Of a DNA stretch of 39,568 nucleotides, positions 32,326-39,568 are shown in pieces. Under the pieces are notes generated by a model. It was not told the DNA's origin and did not search any database. It was given only the letters and a program-made list of their open reading frames with translations. The stretch is from Chloroflexi bacterium RBG_19FT_COMBO_62_14 (GTDB taxonomy: Bacteria > Chloroflexota > Anaerolineae > Anaerolineales > E44-bin32): NCBI GenBank assembly GCA_001797105.1, contig MGOM01000142.1, forward strand, positions 55,501 through 95,068. Reading direction: 5' to 3'. Within the stretch, counting starts at the first letter, position 1, and every line of letters begins with the position of its first letter. The position numbers were made by a program, and so were the translations under genes.

Positions 32326-33351
32326 TCAGCGCCTTACGGCGTTCAGGAGATCGGCCAGCAAGCCGTAGGCGGTGGTTCTGGGGCCGGGGCTCTCTTCGGT
32401 GATCGTCAGCGGTCCCAGGGCGTCGCTGAGGAACGTGACCGAGGAGGAGGTTCCGGTGACATTGAATAGGGTATCCCGAGGCTCGATGAGTTGCGGGCCG
32501 ACGGAAGCCTGCACGCGATCCCCCTCTCGGGTGGCGCTGCAGATGAGCCTCCATCGCTTCCCCTGACGTCGGGCATCCTCGATCATCTCCGAGGTGATTC
32601 CCTCGATCCCACGGCGGTCTACCTCGTCGGGCGCGAGTGAGGTATCCATGAGCACCGTCACCAAAGCGGCGATCTTGACCGCCGCGTCCCAGCCGAGAAT
32701 ATCGCCGCTCGGGTCGGTTTCGGCGATGCCGATCGATCGACAATGGTCGAGGGCATCATCGAAGCTCTTGCCGTCTTCCATCAAGGTCAGGATCATGTTG
32801 GTCGTCGAGTTGAGGATCCCTCGGAAGGAACGGAGCTCGCAACCGGGGAGGGCTTCGCGCCAGAGCGAGAAGATGGGGGCGCCGTCCATCACGGCTGATT
32901 CAAAGTAAAACCGGCGGTTCTTCTCGTGGGCGAGATCCGTCAGGCGCCGATAGGCGTGAACGACTGCGCCTTTGTTGGCAGTAATGGCGTGCATCCCTCC
33001 CCGGAGCGCGGCCTCCAGGTGGTCGATCGCGGGCTGGCCCGTCTCGTAGTTAACGGGCGTGGTTTCGAACAGCAGATCAGCCTTGCACTCACGGATAAAG
33101 GCAACGCCCTCGGGAGTCGGTCTCGATGACAGAACGTCCAGCGCCTCACCCGCTTCGGCGAGCTCAAGCGCCCGCTCGAGATCGATCCCATCAGGATTGA
33201 AAGCGCGACCGTGCGAGCTCGTGGCGATGGCCGTCACTCGCCAGGAGAGATCGTAGCGCCGCTGTAGCTCGGCGCGCTTCTCGATGAGCAATCGCCCGAG
33301 CCCGCGCCCGACGTTGCCAAAGCCCATCAGGGCTAGATTCAATGAGGGCAT
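32326..33351 (-). CDS. hom: Homoserine dehydrogenase (no ACT domain)
   Basis: N-terminal Rossmann LALMGFGNVGRG. Central homoserine_dh-like region (ITANKGAV..., ILNSTTNMIL). Confidence 0.85.
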   Translation of the reverse strand: MPSLNLALMGFGNVGRGLGRLLIEKRAELQRRYDLSWRVTAIATSSHGRAFNPDGIDLERALELAEAGEALDVLSSRPTPEGVAFIRECKADLLFETTPVNYETGQPAIDHLEAALRGGMHAITANKGAVVHAYRRLTDLAHEKNRRFYFESAVMDGAPIFSLWREALPGCELRSFRGILNSTTNMILTLMEDGKSFDDALDHCRSIGIAETDPSGDILGWDAAVKIAALVTVLMDTSLAPDEVDRRGIEGITSEMIEDARRQGKRWRLICSATREGDRVQASVGPQLIEPRDTLFNVTGTSSSVTFLSDALGPLTITEESPGPRTTAYGLLADLLNAVRR

Positions 33352-33694
33352 CCTTGTTCCTTAACTGCTGGCTCCTCGCCGCCAAGATAGGGCCCTTGGT
33401 TGAGCGGGTGGCACGCACAGCGCCCCAGGCGCTTGCTTTCGAGCCCAGGGTGATGAGGAGGCAACAAGGACTGGGCACAACACCGGCGTGCGTGCGAGGA
33501 TGGTCTTCCCGAATGGGAATATTACTGGAGAACGCCTGGAGAGGTCAATCGGGAAAAGGCCCTTCCCTGGCGGCCCGAATCCTCGGGGGGCGTGACCCGC
33601 CAAACGGCTCGCCCCCGGCCACGCCGAATCGCACTGGAACTCGCCTGGCGGAGCCGGTAACCTGTGTCCAGATCGATTCGAGCGGAGATCGAGG

Positions 33695-34186
33695 ATGAAC
33701 ATCTCTTCAAAACGGTATATCCCTCCCCTTCTGGCTGGAGTTCTTGGCGCGGCGCTCCTCGCCGCCCTCTACCTCGGCATCGTTTCGCTGGCGGAGTCGC
33801 CTGAGCACGCGATCGATCTGTTTTGGCAAGACAAGGCTTTCGTCATCCCGATCCTGATAGGCTTCGGGACGCAGGTCGGGCTGTATACGCTCTTGAAGAA
33901 GGGCCTGTATGCCCCCATGCATGCCCCGGCAGCCAGCGCAACGACGGCCGCCGGGGGAGGGATGTCCACAGTGGCAATGGTCGCCTGCTGTGCCCACCAC
34001 GTCGCCGACGTTCTCCCGCTGATCGGACTGACCGCCGCAGCCACCTTCCTCGCCAATTGGAAGGGGCCGTTCATGGCTGTCGGGCTCACCATGAACCTCG
34101 TCGGGATCATCGTCATGCTCCGCGAAATCCGGAAGGCCAGGGGACACGCTGTCCATCAGGCACTGTCGGCGGAGGTGGCTGCATGA
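33695..34186 (+). CDS. Membrane protein with an intramembrane vicinal-Cys/His motif (VACCAHHVADVLP)
   Basis: 4-5 TM. CC-x-HH sits inside a hydrophobic helix. GGAG..GAGG lies upstream of the ATG. Confidence 0.7.
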   Translation: MNISSKRYIPPLLAGVLGAALLAALYLGIVSLAESPEHAIDLFWQDKAFVIPILIGFGTQVGLYTLLKKGLYAPMHAPAASATTAAGGGMSTVAMVACCAHHVADVLPLIGLTAAATFLANWKGPFMAVGLTMNLVGIIVMLREIRKARGHAVHQALSAEVAA

Positions 34187-34665
34187 CACGCAGGTCACTC
34201 CTCCTTGCCGCGTTTCTGGTTCTCGCCCTTGGACTGGCGGCGTGCTCATCCCCGGCCGTACCCATAAGCCCCACATCGGGCGAGGATCCGAGCCTGGCGC
34301 CGGCCACGAAGGTCGGAGACGCCGTGGCGGTCAGTGATTCACAAGGCGAGGTGGAATTCGTGGTGACACCGCTCAACCTCACCTCTCCCGGCGCGACGAT
34401 TGACTTCCAGGTTTCGATGAACACCCACTCCGTCGACCTGGGGTGGGATCTGGCGGCTCAGTCCACGCTCACCGCCGATACAGGTCTGGTGGCGAACGGC
34501 CAGACTTGGCCGGTGGGCAGCAGTCATCACTACGAAGGCATCCTTTCATTTCCGGCCAGGACGCTGGACGGCAAGTCGTTGGTGGAAGGCGCAACGACTC
34601 TGAGGCTTGTCATCCGGGACACGGACGTTGCGGAGCGCGTGTTCACATGGGAGTTGTCACGATGA
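34183..34665 (+). CDS. Lipoprotein of unknown function (probable beta-sandwich)
   Basis: ATGA overlap with the upstream stop. Lipobox LGLAAC. SSHHYEG and MNTHSVD are possible metal ligands. Confidence 0.7.
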   Translation: MTRRSLLLAAFLVLALGLAACSSPAVPISPTSGEDPSLAPATKVGDAVAVSDSQGEVEFVVTPLNLTSPGATIDFQVSMNTHSVDLGWDLAAQSTLTADTGLVANGQTWPVGSSHHYEGILSFPARTLDGKSLVEGATTLRLVIRDTDVAERVFTWELSR

Positions 34666-34895
34666 AGAAGTCGCATGTCCTACTGATGCTGGCTTGCTGC
34701 CTGATTCCAATCGCAGCCTTGGGGGCAGTGTTCCTCTTCAACGTCCCTGTCAACACCGTCATCCTCGCTGGGGTGGCGCTGTTCTGCCCGATCTCACATC
34801 TGCTGATGATGAGATTCATGCCAGGTGAGCATGGCGCTCACAGCCACGAAGCGCGGCCTACTCAATCGAGGCCATTTCCCGCCAAGGACCTGTGA
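34662..34895 (+). CDS. DUF2933-like small membrane protein
   Basis: ATGA overlap with the upstream stop. LLMLACCLIP...LFCPISHLLMMRFMPGEHGAHSH matches my recollection of the DUF2933 pattern (not verified). Confidence 0.6.
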   Translation: MKKSHVLLMLACCLIPIAALGAVFLFNVPVNTVILAGVALFCPISHLLMMRFMPGEHGAHSHEARPTQSRPFPAKDL

Positions 34896-35220
34896 ACAGC
34901 CGGGAACATCGGAGTGAGCGGTCTGAGGCGCAGGCATAGGCCTGATCAGAAGACCTGGTTGAGGTGTGTTGGCAGCACTGGCCGGAGGGGGTGACTGTCG
35001 ACGCCGCTGGGGGTCTCTAGCCGGTCGCCCTAGTTGCTCATGACGGGCATGGGGAGATTACTTCTCCGGGAAGCTTCGACGACTGAGCCAGATAGCCGCG
35101 ACCACCCGCAACGTAGTCGCAGCTTAGCAGCTTTCTGTTCAGTTTTCCGCCGGGAAATCTGGCTGCCAGGATGGGCCTCCAGCGGGTGCGGCGCAGGCCG
35201 AAATCCGTGGAGATTGAGCG

Positions 35221-35808
35221 ATGACGCACAGCCGACTTCTCTTCACCATGATGAACAACCCGATACGAGCCTGGAGCCAACGCCTGCTCGAAACGCCGCT
35301 GCTCATCGGCCCCCGAGGAGCCCTCGCCGGCCAACGCGTGCTGGAGATTGGTTGCGGGCGGGGTGTGGGCGTCGAGATCCTGCTCGGATTGGGAGCAAGG
35401 CATGTCGTTGGATTAGACCTCGACCCACAGATGATCTCCCTCGCCCAGAAACGCCTCGGGTCCATGGCTGACCAGACAGAAGTCTTTGTGGGCGACGCCC
35501 AGGCGATCGACGCTCCCGACGGCGCGTTCGACGTGGTGGTGGGTTACGGTGTGATCCACCATATCCCCGACTGGCGCGCGGCCCTCAAGGAGGTCGGTCG
35601 CGTCCTTAGGTCGGGTGGGAGGTATTACTTCGAAGAGTGGCTTAGGGGGTTTACCTCTGCCCGGGCCATCCGTGCTCTGTTCGGTCAGCCCCAGGTCGCA
35701 GTCTTCTCTGGCCAGGAGTTCCGGAGCGGATTGGAGTCTTCCGGTCTGCGCGTCTCGGTATGGCGGGAGTGGGGCGAATTGGGTGTCGTGGGATGCGCTG
35801 ATAAATGA
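35221..35808 (+). CDS. Class I SAM-dependent methyltransferase
   Basis: Motif I VLEIGCGRGVG. Post-I GLDLD. FDVVVGYGVIHHI. Confidence 0.8.
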   Translation: MTHSRLLFTMMNNPIRAWSQRLLETPLLIGPRGALAGQRVLEIGCGRGVGVEILLGLGARHVVGLDLDPQMISLAQKRLGSMADQTEVFVGDAQAIDAPDGAFDVVVGYGVIHHIPDWRAALKEVGRVLRSGGRYYFEEWLRGFTSARAIRALFGQPQVAVFSGQEFRSGLESSGLRVSVWREWGELGVVGCADK

Positions 35809-35953
35809 GTTGGGAGCAGGGCTGCGGATATCCGCGTGGCCGCAGTTGGGAAGCGGTTCAACCTGACGGCGAGTTCATCTGAGGAAGGAGCCTGCCCTTA
35901 GAGCCCGGCCGGCGATCGAGGAAGAGAAGACACTTCACAAGGAGGATGCCCTT

Positions 35954-36148
35954 ATGGTCAAAGATCCAGTATGCGGCAAGCGCATGAACCGTGGAAGAGC
36001 GCACGCCGTCGTTGAGTATCAACATGTGGCCTACTTCCTGTGTTGTCCGCTGTGCCAGGCTCAATTCGAAAGCGCCCCCCAGGTGTATGCCAAGCCGGGG
36101 TTGGGCAAGAAGACGAAGGAGTCGCATCGTCTGGCGTACCGCAGGTAG
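35954..36148 (+). CDS. YHS-domain (TRASH-like) metal-binding protein
   Basis: DPVCGKRM...YFLCCPLCQAQF. AGGAGG lies 8 nt upstream. Confidence 0.8.
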   Translation: MVKDPVCGKRMNRGRAHAVVEYQHVAYFLCCPLCQAQFESAPQVYAKPGLGKKTKESHRLAYRR

Positions 36149-36275
36149 CGCGACCGGGATCGTTAAGAGGATCGCGCCCAACAAGCGGCCAGAAGAACCC
36201 GCCAAATGGCGTATTGATAGGCGGGAAGGGGGATCGTAATATCACCCTGGTTAGTCCGATTTCACAGGGAATGAC

Positions 36276-36707
36276 ATGAAACACATCCTGCTCCCACTTC
36301 TAACGCTTGGTTTGGCCCTCCTGACCGCATGCTCGAGCCTGATAGCTCCGAGTCGCCCTTTGGAGATCACCCTGGAGTCGACCGGGATGCACTACCAACC
36401 CTCGACGTTTGAGGTGACAGCCGGTGAACCGGTAAAGTTGACACTCCGCAACAGCGACTCGGTCGATCACGATTTCAGCATCATGGAAATCCCGCTGATG
36501 TCGATGGGGGCAACGGGTGAACCGATGGCGGGGCACGAGATGGGCGAAATGGCCGTCGACCCGCAGCTTCACATGGCGGCAGCCATGAATGCCTCCAATT
36601 CTTTCGAGTTCACGCCGACGAAGGCGGGAACGTACGAGTTCTTCTGCACAGTGCCCGGGCACAAAGAGGCCGGAATGGTGGGGACCATGATCGTTCGTGC
36701 CCCGTAA
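36276..36707 (+). CDS. Cupredoxin-fold type-1 copper lipoprotein (plastocyanin/azurin/amicyanin-like)
   Basis: Lipobox LLTAC. Ligand pattern SVDHDF ... FFCTVPGHKEAGM. Confidence 0.88.
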   Translation: MKHILLPLLTLGLALLTACSSLIAPSRPLEITLESTGMHYQPSTFEVTAGEPVKLTLRNSDSVDHDFSIMEIPLMSMGATGEPMAGHEMGEMAVDPQLHMAAAMNASNSFEFTPTKAGTYEFFCTVPGHKEAGMVGTMIVRAP

Positions 36708-36926
36708 GTCGGTCTGAGCCACCCCGACCTGTTCATACGGGCAGTCTCAAGCCGGTCGATGGGTCGAGCCAACGCCACGACGACAGATCATCAGCCAGGA
36801 GCCGCCGCGACAGAACGCCCGGCAACACTGTTACCCGGAGCCCCTCGGATTGAAAGGTCACGAACCCTCGACTGACGGCCTGTGTGGGGTGGATTCCGGT
36901 CTGTAATGGTGGGAGGCATTTCGATC

Positions 36927-37547
36927 ATGACGCTGGATACTGTCCGCAAGACGTTTACCGATTGGGCTCCTGTTTATGATGCAACACACTCGTGGTCTCT
37001 GCCGTTACGACGCACGGCGCGCCTGGCACTGGGGGTTCAGCGCGGTGAACGTATCCTTGACCTCGGCTGTGGCACGGGCCTGAACCTCCCACACCTGCGT
37101 AAGTTGGTTGGGAAAGAAGGCCTCGTGATCGGCGCGGACCTGACGCCGGCCATGCTGGACATGGCCCGCCGGCGCATCGCCCAGCACGCATGGGAGAATG
37201 TCGAAGCCCGTGAGGCGGACGCGGCGCACCTGCCTTTCGCCGACGCTTCGTTTGACAGGGCGATATGTTCGTATTCGCTAAACATCATCCCGGACTACGT
37301 GCGGGGGATCGAGGAGGTCAAACGCGTGCTGGTACCCGGTGGGCGATTCGTCTCCCTCGAGATGCGGTCAAGCCTGCATGCTCTGCCAGGATTCCTTCAG
37401 TTTCTGCCACACATCTGTGGTGTGGAGATGAGCCACCAATCGCTTGACGAGATACGCCGCGCCTTTGGCGAGGTGCAGGTGCACCACTATCTGCTGGGAC
37501 TCGTCTTTATCGCCGTCGCAACGAGGGAGGCAGCTCCCCTGGCGTAG
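36927..37547 (+). CDS. Class I SAM-dependent methyltransferase (UbiE/COQ5-like)
   Basis: ILDLGCGTGLN, GADLTPAML, FDRAICSYSL. GGGAGG lies 10 nt upstream of ATG 36927. Confidence 0.82.
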   Translation: MTLDTVRKTFTDWAPVYDATHSWSLPLRRTARLALGVQRGERILDLGCGTGLNLPHLRKLVGKEGLVIGADLTPAMLDMARRRIAQHAWENVEAREADAAHLPFADASFDRAICSYSLNIIPDYVRGIEEVKRVLVPGGRFVSLEMRSSLHALPGFLQFLPHICGVEMSHQSLDEIRRAFGEVQVHHYLLGLVFIAVATREAAPLA

Positions 37548-37781
37548 GTTAGATGGCCAGTTCAGCGCAGGGCGCGGCAAGTTACTCAACGACGACGACG
37601 ATCATTCGTCCCACGCATCAGGCGGTGAGCCATGCGCGGGGAGATCCACCTGGGGCGTGGACTTGTGAAGCGCTGCCGTGGGCCGGCTTGGAACAGGGGC
37701 ATGGCGGCAGGAGGCGACCGGCAAACGTGAAAGGGCCGGAGCATCTCGCCTCCGGCCCGCTTGTGTTGCGATGGAGCTCCC

Positions 37782-38168
37782 TCAGGCCACTTTCTCGCCG
37801 CAGTAGGGGCAGGCCTTCCAGCCGGCCTGAAGCGGGCTGCCGCAGTGTCGGCAGGCTTCCGCCGCGCTGGCAGCGGGCAGCCTGGGGGCCACCGGCGGGG
37901 TCAGGCTCCGTGCCAGCCAGAGTACCCCCACGACGATAAGTCCGACCACCAGCACCGGCCCGAGCAACATCCCCAGTCCTAAGAAAGGCATCATCCCGAA
38001 TCCACCCATTGTGGCTCTTCCTCCAAACATATGATTTGGCCCCATCATCCCCGCCCAGCCACCCCAGCCAATCTGGGGAGCCAAGAATGGAAGGACCGTT
38101 GAAGCGACAACGGTCAGGGCGATTAGGGTGACGCTGATCCCGACGATCCACTGTAGTCCTTTGTTCAT
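37782..38168 (-). CDS. Two-TM membrane protein with a Met/Gly-rich loop and a C-terminal zinc ribbon
   Basis: WAGMMGPNHMFGGRATMGGFGMMPF between TM helices. C-terminal CRHCGSPLQAGWKACPYCG. Confidence 0.7.
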   Translation of the reverse strand: MNKGLQWIVGISVTLIALTVVASTVLPFLAPQIGWGGWAGMMGPNHMFGGRATMGGFGMMPFLGLGMLLGPVLVVGLIVVGVLWLARSLTPPVAPRLPAASAAEACRHCGSPLQAGWKACPYCGEKVA

Positions 38169-38266
38169 CCATGCCTCCGTAGAAGAACTCTACCGACTAG
38201 CTTAACCTTGCCCCATGAAGAACCTGTGAAGACCGACAGTGGATAGTGTGAAAACGCGGGGGAACG

Positions 38267-38449
38267 CTAGTGATGCCTGGCGTGTTCCCCGCCGTGGGGC
38301 TGCGCTCCTCGGACGTACTTCTCCGGTTCCTTGTCGAATGACCTTTTACAGCCGGGCGAACAGAAGTAGTACGTCTCTCCCTTATATTCCGAGTTGCCGG
38401 CGGCCGTCTTCTCGTCCACCTGCATTCGGCATACCGGATCTACTTTCAT
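38267..38449 (-). CDS. YHS-domain metal-binding protein
   Basis: MKVDPVCRMQVD...YYFCSPGCKRSF. Confidence 0.85.
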   Translation of the reverse strand: MKVDPVCRMQVDEKTAAGNSEYKGETYYFCSPGCKRSFDKEPEKYVRGAQPHGGEHARHH

Positions 38450-38464
38450 GGTGGTACACCTCCT

Positions 38465-38686
38465 TCACTGATTTCTCTTCATCTCGGAATTATCATGTCT
38501 CATCTTCCAGCCGCACGCGCCCCAGCAGATCGCCATCAGGATGATCAAGACACCTAGCGCAACGCCCCCAGCCGTCCCCAGGCCAAACAGCGGGATGACC
38601 AAGAACGCAATGAGGGGGAGACTGCAGAGCCAGACGGCGAACGCCAGCAGCATCTCATCCGCGTGAATGTTGAACCCCTTAATCAC
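38465..38686 (-). CDS. Small two-TM membrane protein (73 aa)
   Basis: The GTG start immediately abuts the upstream TAG. Hydrophobic, with ICWGACGW. Confidence 0.5.
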   Translation of the reverse strand: MIKGFNIHADEMLLAFAVWLCSLPLIAFLVIPLFGLGTAGGVALGVLIILMAICWGACGWKMRHDNSEMKRNQ

Positions 38687-38839
38687 CTAACAGCCTGTGG
38701 CCTGCCGAAGATGTTCCGTCATTTCCAGGGACCCGGCATGGAGGGGGTCATTCTCCGTCGTCTCGTGGGCAGGGAAATGGCGCGGCGGCGCGCCATGCAT
38801 CGCCAACACGATCGCAGTCTTCATCGGGGCTTGTCTCAT
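38687..38839 (-). CDS. Candidate 50-aa His-rich micro-ORF (MRQAPMKTAIVLAMHGAPPRHFPAHETTENDPLHAGSLEMTEHLRQATGC)
   Basis: Its ATG overlaps the upstream TGA (ATGA), and its TAG is followed directly by the next GTG start. It exactly fills an otherwise non-coding gap. Confidence 0.35.
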   Translation of the reverse strand: MRQAPMKTAIVLAMHGAPPRHFPAHETTENDPLHAGSLEMTEHLRQATGC

Positions 38840-39063
38840 GATTTGTTTCGCCAGCGTTTCTTGACGCGCGAGGTGACGATCGGCATCGAGACGATCAGGC
38901 TGAGAATCCCGACCCAGATGGCGCCACCGACCTTCGCCACCGGTGGGTAGTTCCCGGCCAGGGTGGCCGCCAGTAGGAATGTTAACCCTGCGCCCAGCGA
39001 AATCGGGATGTAGATTGCTGCGCTCCAATTCGCGACTGCTTTTTCGACTTCTCGATGGTCCAT
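38836..39063 (-). CDS. Small two-TM membrane protein (75 aa) immediately downstream of the P-type ATPase
   Basis: ATG 39063 is 17 nt after the ATPase stop. Hydrophobic segments IYIPISLGAGLTFLLAATLAG and AIWVGILSLIVSMPIV. Confidence 0.5.
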   Translation of the reverse strand: MDHREVEKAVANWSAAIYIPISLGAGLTFLLAATLAGNYPPVAKVGGAIWVGILSLIVSMPIVTSRVKKRWRNKS

Positions 39064-39079
39064 GCTCGGACGTCCTTTC

Positions 39080-39568
39080 TCAGTCCGCACCGGCGCCGGC
39101 TGGGGCAAGCCTGAGTTGTGGTTCGGCCGTGCCGGCGCGGACGGAGGGCTTGAAGCCCCTGAGGAGCAGTGTGTTGAGGGTGACGGAGATGGAACTGACT
39201 GCCATCATCAATCCGGCCAGCTCCGGGCTGATGATCAGCGAAACTAACGGGTAGAACAGGCCTGCGCCGAGTGGAATGCCGAGCGTGTTGTAGACGAAGG
39301 CCCAGAACAGGTTCTGCTTTACCTTGCGCATCGTGGCCCGCGCCACTTCGAGCGCGACGATAACATCCCGGACGTCGTCCTTGATCAGGATCACATCTCC
39401 GGTTTCCTTGGCGACATCGGTACCGGAGCCGATCGCCATCCCGACATCGGCCTGGGCCAGCGCCGGCGCATCGTTTACCCCGTCGCCTACCATGCCCACG
39501 AATACCGGCTTCGGCCCGCCTCCTGACTGCAATCGCCTGATTTCGGCAGCCTTGTCCTGAGGCAAGAC
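39080..39568 (-). CDS. C-terminal part of a P1B-type (CopA-like) heavy-metal-translocating P-type ATPase, truncated by the window edge
   Basis: Hinge motif [30 protein letters not shown]-terminal TM pair ending [17 protein letters not shown]. Confidence 0.92.
   Translation of the reverse strand, partial: VLPQDKAAEIRRLQSGGGPKPVFVGMVGDGVNDAPALAQADVGMAIGSGTDVAKETGDVILIKDDVRDVIVALEVARATMRKVKQNLFWAFVYNTLGIPLGAGLFYPLVSLIISPELAGLMMAVSSISVTLNTLLLRGFKPSVRAGTAEPQLRLAPAGAGAD

Noticed and set aside
38687-39028. Full 113-aa minus-strand ORF from the track
   Set aside because: Its first 63 codons overlap the better-supported 75-aa membrane ORF in another frame. Only the distal 50 codons, which exactly fill the gap between neighbours, were kept as a low-confidence micro-ORF.
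1-39568. Scan for tRNA, rRNA, CRISPR arrays, reverse transcriptases, toxin-antitoxin pairs and prophage genes
   Set aside because: I found no T-loop (GGTTCGAATCC-like) or acceptor-stem candidates, no rRNA-like conserved blocks, no regularly spaced direct repeats, and no RT, integrase or capsid-like translations other than the single IS transposase.

Overview
High-GC (roughly 60-65% by eye), gene-dense bacterial chromosomal window. I found no rRNA, tRNA or CRISPR array.

Left to right, the window contains:
- a truncated minus-strand CDS
- an OmpR-type response regulator, a HAMP histidine kinase and a membrane-fused molybdopterin (sulfite-oxidase-family) oxidoreductase
- a minus-strand nurA / 198-aa HAS-barrel-like ORF / herA module
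- a divergently transcribed, translationally coupled operon (8037-15841, probably functionally extending to 16481 or 17888) made almost entirely of uncharacterised proteins: a small protein, three membrane proteins, an 859-aa zinc-ribbon protein with 14 acidic 'DWL' motifs, a GlmL/MutL-like actin-fold ATPase, a barrel-sandwich/KOW-like protein, an LPXTG-type Thr/Pro-rich protein, and a P-loop ATPase-winged-helix regulator
- a phosphoglucomutase/phosphomannomutase
- a 1.35-kb IS with 49-bp imperfect terminal inverted repeats, each carrying two 12-bp sites
- glycerate kinase, a solute-binding lipoprotein, uvrC and a CheY-like receiver
- a protein with an XPB damage-recognition-like C-terminus, co-oriented with a DAG-kinase-family lipid kinase
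- a ~265-nt promoter-to-terminator structured-RNA candidate inside a ~730-bp non-coding gap
- an MFS transporter, a HAD hydrolase and homoserine dehydrogenase
- a copper/heavy-metal island: a CC-HH membrane protein, a lipoprotein, a DUF2933-like protein, two SAM methyltransferases, two YHS proteins, a cupredoxin, a Met-rich zinc-ribbon membrane protein, a chain of tiny ORFs and the 3' end of a P1B-type ATPase

The best candidates for something undescribed are:
1. the 8037-16481 operon
2. the three-gene NurA / HAS-barrel / HerA module
3. the orphan structured RNA at 29658-29922

The lineage guess (Chloroflexota-like or another high-GC monoderm) is inference only. All family assignments come from reading motifs in the supplied translations; no database search was run.
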